From an uncultured virus (IMG/VR IMGVR_UViG_3300010283_000223) (lineage: Duplodnaviria; Heunggongvirae; Uroviricota; Caudoviricetes): a stretch of DNA of 64,000 bases. Below are positions 38,380 to 48,103 of this stretch, in pieces. Each line of letters starts with the position of its first letter. Within the stretch, counting starts at the first letter, position 1. The translations under genes and the position numbers were made by a program. The notes under the pieces are model-generated. The model saw only the letters and a program-made list of their open reading frames with translations. It ran no database searches and was not told where the DNA came from. The stretch lies in IMG/VR virus record IMGVR_UViG_3300010283_000223. One strand, given 5' to 3'.

Positions 38380-38580
38380 TTATATATCCATAAAATCAGA
38401 TAAATTATACTGTCCCGGTACCGAATAGTTTTTATCATCTGCCAAGGAATAGCTTTCTCGGCTTCTTTCCCTCATGGCCTTTCTTTTCTCCGGAAAGATT
38501 TTCCTATAGCATATCGGTCCATATCCGGTTCGTATGCTCTGCTCGCTTTTTAAAGGTCGTCCACACCCAAGGCATGTCAT
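38380..38580 (-). CDS. Zn-finger protein (DUF6011-like)
   Basis: C..CGRPL...S...GYGPIC. Confidence 0.75.
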   Translation of the reverse strand: MTCLGCGRPLKSEQSIRTGYGPICYRKIFPEKRKAMRERSRESYSLADDKNYSVPGQYNLSDFMDI

Positions 38581-38606
38581 TTATGCGCCCCTTTCTAGTA
38601 AAGTTT

Positions 38607-39008
38607 TTATTGTGATCCCAATAAATCGCTTTCCTCGAATACCAATATTTTATAGTTAGGTATGTATTTTCGCATTTCAAAATCATCCCAATGTGTATAT
38701 GCTCCCGAAAAGAGACAACTTAATGCATACTCTTCCCGTTCCTCTTCTGTTTTGAGCCAAAAGCAATGATTTTTCACATGTTCTTTGATTTTTTCCAGCA
38801 GCTTCTCTTCTTGAGTGTCTTGAACTATCTTCAATGCCATCTCTAGCCACATTTTAGGTAAGAATTCTCCCAAGTTGGTCTTGTAATATTCCTTGAATAC
38901 AGAATCGCGTCTTACATTCCCAAAGCGGGTAGTATATGTAGTCCCTGTACTTTCGCTTCTACCTATCCGCTGCTTTATAGCGTAATCAGAAATACTAACT
39001 ATCTTCAT
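38607..39008 (-). CDS. Hypothetical protein
   Basis: Co-oriented ORF with GGAGG RBS. Confidence 0.65.
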   Translation of the reverse strand: MKIVSISDYAIKQRIGRSESTGTTYTTRFGNVRRDSVFKEYYKTNLGEFLPKMWLEMALKIVQDTQEEKLLEKIKEHVKNHCFWLKTEEEREEYALSCLFSGAYTHWDDFEMRKYIPNYKILVFEESDLLGSQ

Positions 39009-39018
39009 CGCAAGCCTC

Positions 39019-39825
39019 CTACTTATTTTCTGCTTTGCATTCGGATTCTATCAGATCCAAATGGTCAATTGCATTCTGCAAATACCTCCGGACATTATCA
39101 AGATCCTCCGGATAATGGCTTGCAAGTGCTCTATCTAATTCCTCGACCAGATCATCGTCTTTCCATAAATATCGCCCTACATTATGTTTTCGTAGCACCT
39201 CTCTCATCTTCTCAAGCAATTTTATTTTTTCTTCTGTATTTTGTAATGCCGCTAGTCTTACCTGCGCCTCTATGAGATCATTGGCCATTTTGCTGCCAAA
39301 TTGCTTACCAAGTTTCCTCTTCTCGCTTTTATCATTTAAGTAGTCTTTTGCATACTCTGCTCTGCTTTCATAAAACGGAGTTCTGTCCTGGTCAAGCCGG
39401 CTAAATATGATATACTTGTACACTCCTACAGGCTCCTCTATGTCCCTCCATAAAGCTTTTTTCTTCTTTTTCAAAACTCCAGTTTTGGGATAATAGTATA
39501 TAAGTCCTACATTGTCCGGCAGCTCATCTTTTTCAATCAATCCAACAGGAACCACGAAATAAAACTCATTACAATACTGAAGATAAAGATGCCATTTATT
39601 ATCCTGAAGGAAATCTCCACGGCTCACCTTAATCTCATATCCAGTAATACATGGACCCGTATAGCTTTTCCGAATGGCTAATCCATCGAATTTCAAAAGC
39701 CCCTGCGGATCCGGAAAGTATGTAGAACAAGTTTTGCACTCAGTTACAAAATAGTCCTTTGAATGATACTCTGCTAATGCCTTTTTTATATCTGTTGAGG
39801 TGACCTTGTCTTCTTTTGCCATCAC
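39019..39825 (-). CDS. MmcB-like PD-(D/E)XK nuclease-fold protein
   Basis: FDGL...GYEIKVSRGDF..D.KW..YL.YCNEFYFV. Confidence 0.75.
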   Translation of the reverse strand: MMAKEDKVTSTDIKKALAEYHSKDYFVTECKTCSTYFPDPQGLLKFDGLAIRKSYTGPCITGYEIKVSRGDFLQDNKWHLYLQYCNEFYFVVPVGLIEKDELPDNVGLIYYYPKTGVLKKKKKALWRDIEEPVGVYKYIIFSRLDQDRTPFYESRAEYAKDYLNDKSEKRKLGKQFGSKMANDLIEAQVRLAALQNTEEKIKLLEKMREVLRKHNVGRYLWKDDDLVEELDRALASHYPEDLDNVRRYLQNAIDHLDLIESECKAENK

Positions 39826-40187
39826 AATCCCCCCTCTTCCAGCTTTCTGTCAATAATCGGTATAAGCATCCTTGCAGCCAGTCTCATGTGAATTTTGGTG
39901 GGGGCTTCAACAATTTTAATTAGCATATCTAAGTATATTTGTTCTGCGGTCATTTCTTCTGCATAACTCTTAGCTTGCTCTTGAGTTTCTTTTACAATCG
40001 GAATGACCTGACACTTTTCTGATATTTTATGTATTAAATCCACTGCCCGATCCGTAAATTTAACATTTTCCCCATCTGTGCATTGTTCTTGTAGTAGTTC
40101 GAATATCATGCCATCAATATCCAACTGTTCCGTTCTTTTTATAACCATTTCCTGCTCTTTCATATTAAAAATCCTCCTATATTGCAA
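39822..40187 (-). CDS. Hypothetical protein
   Basis: Co-oriented ORF. Confidence 0.6.
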   Translation of the reverse strand: MQYRRIFNMKEQEMVIKRTEQLDIDGMIFELLQEQCTDGENVKFTDRAVDLIHKISEKCQVIPIVKETQEQAKSYAEEMTAEQIYLDMLIKIVEAPTKIHMRLAARMLIPIIDRKLEEGGL

Positions 40188-40189
40188 AC

Positions 40190-40600
40190 TCAGTCATTGT
40201 TCTGCGTATCAACGCGCATCTGCAGCCATCCAATCCATTCAGTCTTATTCCATGTACTTCCTTTCAATACATCGTCCGTAATATCATTGAATAAATCTGC
40301 TAATTGCTCATCCGTCATAGCCCTGATTCGATCCGCATTGGTATTTGATTTATAATACTCGCAATCTCTTTCTATCTCTTCATGCGGACTGTCATTTATT
40401 TTAGGACACCATTTTCCAACAATGACATCATCGTTGTTTGACAGATTATATAGGTTTTGACAATTTCTACATTGAACCATTATGCTCTCCTTTCCGTTCA
40501 AAAGCCTCCTGCAATATATTTGCTTGACATCTATAATTATTATTTCTATGACAAACCTGCTAATTTCCTCTTGTCCATTCCTGTATATGTACAGGATCAA
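40190..40600 (-). CDS. Hypothetical protein (start probably internal, MVQCRNC)
   Basis: TNADRIRAMTDEQLA motif common in clostridial phages. Confidence 0.6.
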   Translation of the reverse strand: MILYIYRNGQEEISRFVIEIIIIDVKQIYCRRLLNGKESIMVQCRNCQNLYNLSNNDDVIVGKWCPKINDSPHEEIERDCEYYKSNTNADRIRAMTDEQLADLFNDITDDVLKGSTWNKTEWIGWLQMRVDTQNND

Positions 40601-40943
40601 ATGCTTTCATACACTGAGGACATATTGGATACAAACCGTTTCGATAACTGCTTTCCATATCTCTAAAAACTTTGTTCCTTCTCATTCTTTGGAATTCCTC
40701 GTCTGCCATCTTTGCATAACTCTGGGCCTTGGATAACATCCTTTGTTGCGCTTCCTCAATATCCTCATGTATTTCTGCCAAATGTACAAGTGCGTCAAAT
40801 GCATCAATAATCGCTCCGCAATCGCTGCAAGTAACTATTCTGTTGGTGGTATCTACTTCATAATGTGGTGGATTGCATTTGCATATTTTACCTCTGGCAC
40901 GATTGATTCTTACAAACTCAAAAGATACTATGTCACTATTCAT
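40560..40943 (-). CDS. Zn-binding hypothetical protein
   Basis: CKC, C..CG, CPQC. Confidence 0.65.
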   Translation of the reverse strand: MNSDIVSFEFVRINRARGKICKCNPPHYEVDTTNRIVTCSDCGAIIDAFDALVHLAEIHEDIEEAQQRMLSKAQSYAKMADEEFQRMRRNKVFRDMESSYRNGLYPICPQCMKAFDPVHIQEWTRGN

Positions 40944-40968
40944 AAGCGTTACTCCTTAAAATTTCAGT

Positions 40969-41226
40969 TTACTTAAGTATTTCCACAGTGATTTTAACCC
41001 TATCACCGTTCGTAAAATCATAAGAGTTGGTATACCAATGCTTACCATTCTCTACCATATCCTTATGTATCTCGGTGATGTAATCAACTTCGGTCTCCTT
41101 GGTCTTTACCCTTGTATTAACTTCTTCCTGCATTGCTCTTTCCTCCAATTCTTCCGGGCTGTATTTCCGGTAGCTGATCCCGTAATTCGTAAATCCACCG
41201 GACTGATATGTTATAAGTCGTGACAT
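40969..41226 (-). CDS. Hypothetical protein
   Basis: Co-oriented ORF. Confidence 0.5.
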   Translation of the reverse strand: MSRLITYQSGGFTNYGISYRKYSPEELEERAMQEEVNTRVKTKETEVDYITEIHKDMVENGKHWYTNSYDFTNGDRVKITVEILK

Positions 41227-41304
41227 TTTATACTCTCTTTCAGTTTAATTCATCCCACGTCATAATTTATTCCTCCATTCCTCGAAATCATCGTTTCAAA
41301 GTAT

Positions 41305-41640
41305 CTATAAATATTTTCTATAATGCTCTGGAAATCTAAAAATACGCTCTCTTCCTATATTTGCAGGCTTTTTGTTTAGTCTTTGCAATTCCGTAGAGAA
41401 GCTATTTACATCCAAGTCCAAATCACTATAGCATTGACCACATTCAAGTCTTACAATCCAATTAAAAGAACCACTATCGTACTGATACAATAATGCATTT
41501 GCTTTTGGATAAGACTTAAGATAGTTTTCTATTTTCTGAAACTGTTTAGCTGTTTCTTTACAGTCTGCATAACCGTTTATTTTAAGCCAATGAACATATC
41601 TCAAAACATCAGTCTCCTTTTTTGTTGAAACTTTAATCAT
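41305..41640 (-). CDS. Hypothetical protein
   Basis: Co-oriented ORF with 4-bp overlap. Confidence 0.6.
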   Translation of the reverse strand: MIKVSTKKETDVLRYVHWLKINGYADCKETAKQFQKIENYLKSYPKANALLYQYDSGSFNWIVRLECGQCYSDLDLDVNSFSTELQRLNKKPANIGRERIFRFPEHYRKYL

Positions 41641-41867
41641 CTGCTTTCTTTTACCGCTTCGCCACCCATAATGACTCCGTGTACAACTTCTGCATAAGGC
41701 TCGTCCTTATTTACCACGTAGTAGCTATTAAGACGTTTCTTTCCGTCCTCTTCTCTTCCACGCATGATCTTTTCCATCATGACATCAAGTGCTACCTGCT
41801 CCGGCTCTTCAAGATATTTGAAAACATCTTCCCTTTTAAGAACAATATGTGTATATGCGTTTTCCAT
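41637..41867 (-). CDS. Hypothetical protein
   Basis: GGAGG RBS; YYVVNKDEPYA. Confidence 0.65.
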   Translation of the reverse strand: MENAYTHIVLKREDVFKYLEEPEQVALDVMMEKIMRGREEDGKKRLNSYYVVNKDEPYAEVVHGVIMGGEAVKESR

Positions 41868-41899
41868 CCTCTTATCCTCCTAAACTTTAATATTTCAGT

Positions 41900-42295
41900 T
41901 TAAATTATTTCTTTCAACTTGGCTTCGGCTTCCGCTCTGGTAAGGAATATCCTTTCGCCAATGTCGCACGGTAAATAGCAACTCTCACCCATATCAGCGT
42001 CATTTATAGCATCAATTCTCATAACAGTTCTGTCTTTATGAATCTGCTTGATATATAACTGGATAACGCGCATCATAATAACTGGCTCTTTCGCTCCTTT
42101 ATTTACCCGATACAAAGTATCTCCTACCTTGCATGGCAACCGCAGGAGCAATCCCTGCTCCTCAGCATCTTCGTAGGCAGCAAGTTTATTAATCAGCGAT
42201 TGCAAATTTGCCTTTCCATATTCATAAGGTGTATCTATCGGATTTATAGATTCATAATCTTCTCCGTTTCCCATATATTCCGTTAATCTTTCCAT
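41900..42295 (-). CDS. Hypothetical phage protein
   Basis: MERLT, KLAAYEDAEEQG..LPCKVGD, FLTR.EAE. Confidence 0.75.
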   Translation of the reverse strand: MERLTEYMGNGEDYESINPIDTPYEYGKANLQSLINKLAAYEDAEEQGLLLRLPCKVGDTLYRVNKGAKEPVIMMRVIQLYIKQIHKDRTVMRIDAINDADMGESCYLPCDIGERIFLTRAEAEAKLKEII

Positions 42296-42310
42296 TTGAT
42301 CTCCTAAACT

Positions 42311-42748
42311 TTAATTTACTGCTTCAAGAAGAAACTGCTTTTCTTCTAATCTTTCATAAATCGTCTGACCGGTCTGTGTCTCAATATATGGTAGGAAGAT
42401 CTCTTCGAACCTCACCATATGAATATCCAGTAATGCCATCTGTGCTTCTACCCAGTCTTTCAAAATGCGCCATGCCACACGCTCTGCCTGATCTCTGGTA
42501 GCTTTGATATTGCTTCGGGGACTATTTTTCTTTTCCCTCTTAAGGACTTCCAGACACTCATCCACTTTTACTGGAAGCCGTACCGGGATCTGCTGCATTC
42601 CGGTATCTATTAGGAATGACAGGCCAGTAATGCTTTCGCCATCGTAATTCTTCATAATGCTCTTGGCTTTGTGCTTCATCAGGATATATTCGATTTCTGA
42701 TACCGTTTTAAAGCTATCAACTGTTGTGGTGTAATTTAATATAGCCAT
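42311..42748 (-). CDS. Conserved hypothetical phage protein
   Basis: QAERVAWR.LKDWV.AQ. Confidence 0.7.
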   Translation of the reverse strand: MAILNYTTTVDSFKTVSEIEYILMKHKAKSIMKNYDGESITGLSFLIDTGMQQIPVRLPVKVDECLEVLKREKKNSPRSNIKATRDQAERVAWRILKDWVEAQMALLDIHMVRFEEIFLPYIETQTGQTIYERLEEKQFLLEAVN

Positions 42749-42760
42749 AGCTGTCCTCCT

Positions 42761-43249
42761 TTAATTTAATTTATCAAAATCATAATCACTCTCTATAAAA
42801 TCTATGGTTTTTTGATGATGAATACAGTTCCCTAGTGCATCATAGATTTTAAACATATCTGCTTCTGTGAAAGATGTATCCAAAAAATCATTAACTCCAT
42901 TTCTCATAAATTCTTGGAATTTTCTGTTTCTCCATTCTTGCGAATACGGTTGCGTTTTACATGCTGGCCGTGAAAACCATTCCAGTACCTTACACTCAAT
43001 ATCCAAAGGAGATTTGCAGTTATGTAAGACAATGTACTGATTAGTTCTTAAATGTGCGATAAATTCTCCTCGTTCATTTATAAAACTATTTGGAAATGCC
43101 TTTACCAAGGAATCCACTGCTTCTTTTAAATCTTCTGGCATATGACATTTGTACTCTTCGCAATCATCCCAGTTAGATACACAATGTCCATATTCACATT
43201 CTTCACATGGCGCATTACTTATGCAATTCATATCATCCTTTACCTCCAT
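42761..43249 (-). CDS. Hypothetical protein
   Basis: GGAGG RBS region; KVLEWFSR motif. Confidence 0.65.
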   Translation of the reverse strand: MEVKDDMNCISNAPCEECEYGHCVSNWDDCEEYKCHMPEDLKEAVDSLVKAFPNSFINERGEFIAHLRTNQYIVLHNCKSPLDIECKVLEWFSRPACKTQPYSQEWRNRKFQEFMRNGVNDFLDTSFTEADMFKIYDALGNCIHHQKTIDFIESDYDFDKLN

Positions 43250-43484
43250 AAACTACTTTATTGCCTCACCTTTATAATTTACATGACACTCTTCTTGCAA
43301 AAATTCTTTTGTTTGCAATTCTTGATCAGTATAATTGTTGCTTCTATAAGCAAAACGCTGCATTAGATGCAATATTTCTTCATCAGTTCCAGTGCGCAAT
43401 TTTTCTAAGTTCGTCATGATATCGCCTCATTCATCGTATTTTGTAAACCTATAGTCGTTCTTTTCTCCTCCTTATGTTTTCTCC

Positions 43485-43501
43485 GGCGGGACAAGCCCGC
43501 C
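43485..43501. other. DGR target-recognition hairpin 2
   Basis: GGCGGG-ACAAG-CCCGCC, identical to hairpin 1. Confidence 0.85.
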
Positions 43502-43507
43502 AGATGA

Positions 43508-44311
43508 TTATGATTTTGATGAAACGATTTGGAAGCAGGGGGCCACGCCATGCGAGCTGCTCGCGTAGCTGCTGATGGCCGCACCCGCGGTAGCCACATA
43601 GCAAAAGCCCGTACCGCTGCCGGAGTCCGGAGACGAAAGCCACCAGTGCGCCGAACCACCACCAAATCCATTCAACTTTACTCTGTGATGTCTGTCTCTG
43701 TAATAATTCAACTGCTCGTAGAGATTTTCTTCTCCAAAGCAATTATTTTTATCAAACACCTCTGATGCCGATGGAAGAAAAAGTTTAGTCCGATATATCT
43801 TCTCTTCATCGCCGTCCATATACTTCCGGTCTACAGTCGCAATCACTTCCTGTAGGTCACTCGGCAGCAAATTCCAAATATCATTATCCAAATACCCCTG
43901 CATTTCAGATAATGCAATTCCTCCGGCATTGGTCCATTCTTTATTCATCCTCTGTTCTGCATCCTTGATGCAATCCCTCGCTTCAAAACGGATGTAATCT
44001 TTCCCAATATCCGTAATGACCCATTCCTGTGGGTTTCCATTACGGAGTTTTGATGTTACTACATCTCCGATCTGGTACCGCACCTCGTTCCGGTTTAAAG
44101 CAGCCTTGATCATTTCCCAGGAAAATTCTTCCATTGTGGTTCTTGATATTGTGCATTCCCCGTCCTTCTTTTGTTTCATATTTTTTCTCAGTTTAATATT
44201 TTTATTTTTGATTCTTTCATAAAAAGCAATTCTTTCCCGCTCAATAATTTCCGGACTTCCTTCTATACGGAGTTCTTCCGAACCTACTCTTATTCTTAAT
44301 TTATTGTTCAT
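43508..44311 (-). CDS. DGR target 2: remote early-region protein with DUF6273-like variable domain
   Basis: KLFLPSASEV, WWLSSP...GVAPCFQIVSS; contains VR2. Confidence 0.92.
   Translation of the reverse strand: MNNKLRIRVGSEELRIEGSPEIIERERIAFYERIKNKNIKLRKNMKQKKDGECTISRTTMEEFSWEMIKAALNRNEVRYQIGDVVTSKLRNGNPQEWVITDIGKDYIRFEARDCIKDAEQRMNKEWTNAGGIALSEMQGYLDNDIWNLLPSDLQEVIATVDRKYMDGDEEKIYRTKLFLPSASEVFDKNNCFGEENLYEQLNYYRDRHHRVKLNGFGGGSAHWWLSSPDSGSGTGFCYVATAGAAISSYASSSHGVAPCFQIVSSKS
43536..43664 (-). repeat. DGR variable repeat VR2
   Basis: 129 bp match to TR; 14 mismatches, all at TR adenines. Confidence 0.97.
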
Positions 44312-44386
44312 ACCGTTCTTTCTCCTTTTTTCTTCTACATTTTCTGCAATGTCATTTTCTAATTTCCAAAATTACTCTTTCATACC

Positions 44387-44611
44387 TTATATATTTCTTT
44401 TACGGACCTCCCTTATGATTGCAGTTCTCATAGAACTGTTATCTAATAGCCCGGCGGCATCCAGCGCTTCTTTAGTTCCACATTCATCACAGATCATGGT
44501 TTTATTGTCTACTCTCGATAAAGCTCTAAGCCTGGAAAACTCCTTATTGCACTTTGGGCAGATCATAGCTACTCCTTTCTGGAGAGGGAGCCTCCCTCTC
44601 CTGCGCTTCAC
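44387..44611 (-). CDS. Small Zn-finger protein (start probably MICPKC)
   Basis: CPKC...ALSRVDNKT.IC.ECG..EAL. Confidence 0.7.
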   Translation of the reverse strand: MKRRRGRLPLQKGVAMICPKCNKEFSRLRALSRVDNKTMICDECGTKEALDAAGLLDNSSMRTAIIREVRKRNI

Positions 44612-44658
44612 ATTAATAAGTTACTCCGTGATATGTAATTCCTTTATGGACCTAAAGG

Positions 44659-45717
44659 CTATTCTGTAAAATTGACCGGAAGTACCAGTGCTGTCATATC
44701 GCTATCTTCGGCACGAATAATAGCAGGATGACGTTTGCTGGTAAAAGCTATTGAAATATTTTCACATTCAAAAGCTTTTACGCACTCCATAACCAGCGTT
44801 GGATCAAATGCTATTTTCAGACCATCCCCTACATCAATCTGCGTACTAATATCCTCTGTGTAGTCTGCTGTCTGGTTCTTATAAGTGATGTTTATGTTCT
44901 GTCCAGAAACATTGAGTAATACCGGTGCTTTATCCTCTTGTGCGCCACAGAGCTTCGCCCTGTTTATTGCATCCAGCAGGGCTTTTTTCTCCACCGCTGT
45001 CTGTATCTCTCCTTCAGTAAACAATGTCCGATAATTAACATAATTTCCTTCGATCAGTCTCGTATATATCTCATAGTCTTCTGTCCGAAATACCGCCCCG
45101 TATTTGTCATGGCTTATCGATACATTTTTCTGCATATCCAACTGCATGATCTTCTCAACTGCAGGTTTCGGAACAATCATTTCGAAGCTGCCATTCATAT
45201 CTAAACTATCCCATGCAATTCTGTGGCCATCTAATCCTACCAGGTTGAGCTTTCCGTCCTTGCATTCAAAGAACATTCCCTCCATCGTGCGATTTCCCAT
45301 ATTTTCAGAAATGGCATATGTTACATGGGAAATTGCTTTCTTTAACTCATCTGCAGGAATAACATCCTCCTGGCTTGTGTCTATATCGCTTCTTGCGTAT
45401 GCGAACTGTTCAACCGGTAAGGTTTTAAATTTATTCTTGATACTCCCCATTTGAATAGTAACCATGTCCCTGTCACAAGTGACCGATACATCTCCTGCCG
45501 GAAGATTTGTGATAAGGTCAAATGCCTTTGCCGGAATGATGAAATTATCTTCCTCTATGCCATCTAGCGTCGCCTTGACGGTCAGTTCAGTGTTGGATGC
45601 AATTAAATGACCATCCTGCACCAAAATTCCTTTTAAAGCGTCTATAGTGGTTTTCTTTGGTACGATTCCTTTCAACTGGCTTATTTTTCTAGCCAATTCA
45701 ACTTTCGATATCTTCAT
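44659..45717 (-). CDS. dnaN: Phage-encoded DNA polymerase III beta sliding clamp
   Basis: 352 aa; LDGHRIA, RLIEGNY, C-terminal LVLPV. Confidence 0.88.
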   Translation of the reverse strand: MKISKVELARKISQLKGIVPKKTTIDALKGILVQDGHLIASNTELTVKATLDGIEEDNFIIPAKAFDLITNLPAGDVSVTCDRDMVTIQMGSIKNKFKTLPVEQFAYARSDIDTSQEDVIPADELKKAISHVTYAISENMGNRTMEGMFFECKDGKLNLVGLDGHRIAWDSLDMNGSFEMIVPKPAVEKIMQLDMQKNVSISHDKYGAVFRTEDYEIYTRLIEGNYVNYRTLFTEGEIQTAVEKKALLDAINRAKLCGAQEDKAPVLLNVSGQNINITYKNQTADYTEDISTQIDVGDGLKIAFDPTLVMECVKAFECENISIAFTSKRHPAIIRAEDSDMTALVLPVNFTE

Positions 45718-46237
45718 GTAGCTCTACTCCTTCCAAAAACAGTATTTTGCAGTATTTCTGTATTACTTGATACGGTTTCAGCTCTTTCAATGTCATATGC
45801 TTATGACCAAACATTTCTTTCATAGACTTCCATACATTCCAAGGAACCCTGAAGAACTCACTCATTCCAATGGAAACTACAATATAGCAGTGAGCTCCCA
45901 TCTTTTCGTAACGATCAAACGTTTCCCATTGCTTGTCCGTTACTGCGCCCTGCTGAATCTTATCTGTATCTGTATGTTTTGCATCAAATACAATGCAACT
46001 TCCGTCACACAACACTCCTTTGAAATCAGGCTGCGCCTTTTTGGTAAAGCAGGCTATATATTGTCCCATTTTTCTATCACCATAAGGTTTTAAAGGCTTC
46101 ATTGGCTCTGGGGTTTTATCGATACATGCTGCTCCCTGTAAAAAATAGAATTCGCAGGAATCCTCTAGCCATTTTTCAAACATCTCTCCGGATTGTCTGC
46201 TTCTCCTTCCGATTAAACTTCTATTAGGATTTGTCAT
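45698..46237 (-). CDS. recU: Holliday junction resolvase RecU-like
   Basis: G..FE, KTPEP, PDFKG...FDAK.T. Confidence 0.8.
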   Translation of the reverse strand: MTNPNRSLIGRRSRQSGEMFEKWLEDSCEFYFLQGAACIDKTPEPMKPLKPYGDRKMGQYIACFTKKAQPDFKGVLCDGSCIVFDAKHTDTDKIQQGAVTDKQWETFDRYEKMGAHCYIVVSIGMSEFFRVPWNVWKSMKEMFGHKHMTLKELKPYQVIQKYCKILFLEGVELHEDIES

Positions 46238-46871
46238 TTTCTTCAACTCCTACTGTCTGAACGGATATCTCATAAGCTGTCCTGTACTCCGGTTCTCCAT
46301 TTTCGCTATGTTTCACATATTGTCTTGATTGGATGCGTCCCTTAATATCACATTTGGTTCCAACAGGAAGGTTCGCAACATATGTCGCATTTCTGCTCCA
46401 GCAGATGCAAGGTATGTAATCTGACTTACCATAAGATCTGTTCACCGCCAGAAGCAGATCCGCAATTTCTCTTCCAAGAGGTGTCTTTCGATAAATCGGT
46501 GTCTTGCAGATATGTCCTGAAATATATACTTCATTGATATCATCGTTGCCGCCTGTCTCCTCATCGGAAAAGTCGAGCATAATTTCTCTGGCAAATACAG
46601 ACAAATCCAATCTATTTTTGCTTTCTTCATGCTTGTTGTATGACCGGAACTGTCCTCTTATCAGGACTTTTCTGCCAACAAAATCCTCTTTCACATTTAT
46701 CAACCTTTCGGATACAGTAACCGGAATAGTATCGCATACGCCGCTAAGTCTTGGTATAGTAACACCAACTCTATAGAATCCTTCTCCGAACACCTCGTGG
46801 TTAAACGTAAATTTACTTGCAATATTTCCTAATATTGTTACCTGATTGTTATCGATATTGTTATTTTCCAT
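46224..46871 (-). CDS. ssb: Single-stranded DNA-binding protein (tandem OB folds)
   Basis: RKTPLGREIAD, SDYIPCICW, GRIQSR. Confidence 0.85.
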   Translation of the reverse strand: MENNNIDNNQVTILGNIASKFTFNHEVFGEGFYRVGVTIPRLSGVCDTIPVTVSERLINVKEDFVGRKVLIRGQFRSYNKHEESKNRLDLSVFAREIMLDFSDEETGGNDDINEVYISGHICKTPIYRKTPLGREIADLLLAVNRSYGKSDYIPCICWSRNATYVANLPVGTKCDIKGRIQSRQYVKHSENGEPEYRTAYEISVQTVGVEENDKS

Positions 46872-47904
46872 TGTTGATCTCCTTCCTGTACATTAAGTCT
46901 GGCATTTCAATTCCATTTTCTTTGCAAAATCTTTCAAAGCACTTCCTACACATAAAGCAGAACTGTTTTGGCTGCTCTCCTCTTTTTGATCTTGCTAAAA
47001 TAGTTATCATTTCTCTTTTCTTATTTTTTTTCCCGCAGGAATAACATACATCATATAACTTATCCTGCATTTTCTCGCTGATTCTTTTATGTTGTAGTTG
47101 CTCCGGGAACTCTCTTCTCATATTTTTCTCCCCAACAATAGGAATCAAGCTATCTTTCATGAACACCGGTACTCCACAAGCAGCTGCGCAACTTACAATG
47201 TGATTTATCCACTCAATCTTAGGGATCACCTTATCCTTTTTCCTTCCGGTTTCTGCACCTATGATTACCCAGTCTGTAAAATTGGCTATGGTAATTTCCA
47301 GTGCATCAATTACATCCTCCATTATTGGTTCTATGCTCAAAAATGAATGTGCGTTATTAGGCAGATCCTGCATTGCTGCCTCTGCTGTCATTGCTTGTGC
47401 TGAATTTGTTACAGTCACTCCGTACCACATATTGGGTAACTCCGGCAGCTTGTCCTTCAAAAGCAAACTGACATATCGATCTGGATTCTTTGTAAGAAAC
47501 AAAAAGTTATGTATCGGATGTTCTTTGCAGACTTTCATAATTTCATCTATCCAACTGTCCGGTACCCATTCTCCGAATACATCTGCCATGGCCCCAACGA
47601 AAATATTGTTTCCCATCTTAATCTTGTCGATCGTATTAAGCCGGTATCTATGGAAGGTTGGTTCAAATCCGAACGGGTATACCAGATCATGTCCTGTTTC
47701 ATTCTTCATAGGATCATCCAGTACATACAGCTTTTTATCTCCCTGCTCTATCACAGAATAATTATCAACTGCCATTTTATTCAGGCGAACGTTACCAGAA
47801 AATCTTGTTGTCATAACCTTTGCATAACAGTAATGGCATCCGTGAAAACATCCAGTGATCGGATTCCATGTGTGATCACACCACTCTATCCTTGATTTAT
47901 TCAC
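46861..47904 (-). CDS. DUF5131 (Gp37/Gp68) family protein
   Basis: IEWCD.TWNPITGC..GC.YCYA, FLTKNP, SIEP, WVIIGAETG. Confidence 0.85.
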   Translation of the reverse strand: MNKSRIEWCDHTWNPITGCFHGCHYCYAKVMTTRFSGNVRLNKMAVDNYSVIEQGDKKLYVLDDPMKNETGHDLVYPFGFEPTFHRYRLNTIDKIKMGNNIFVGAMADVFGEWVPDSWIDEIMKVCKEHPIHNFLFLTKNPDRYVSLLLKDKLPELPNMWYGVTVTNSAQAMTAEAAMQDLPNNAHSFLSIEPIMEDVIDALEITIANFTDWVIIGAETGRKKDKVIPKIEWINHIVSCAAACGVPVFMKDSLIPIVGEKNMRREFPEQLQHKRISEKMQDKLYDVCYSCGKKNKKREMITILARSKRGEQPKQFCFMCRKCFERFCKENGIEMPDLMYRKEINNGK

Positions 47905-48103
47905 TGAAGTTCCCTCCTTCCACATATTCAACATAGTATTCTTGCGGCGCATTCTTCACATTTTCTCGCCCTGCAACAGGCTTTCTTCCAATCCTTACTG
48001 TGTAACCGCATTTCACAAGCAATGTGGCCAGCTGTAGTCTGTCTTCTTCATTCCACTGAACGGAACCTTTTCTTATGCTGCTTATTTTTGCCATTATCCA
48101 CAC
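47897..48103 (-). CDS. Hypothetical protein
   Basis: EDRLQLA..LVKCGYTVRIG. Confidence 0.7.
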   Translation of the reverse strand: MWIMAKISSIRKGSVQWNEEDRLQLATLLVKCGYTVRIGRKPVAGRENVKNAPQEYYVEYVEGGNFSE

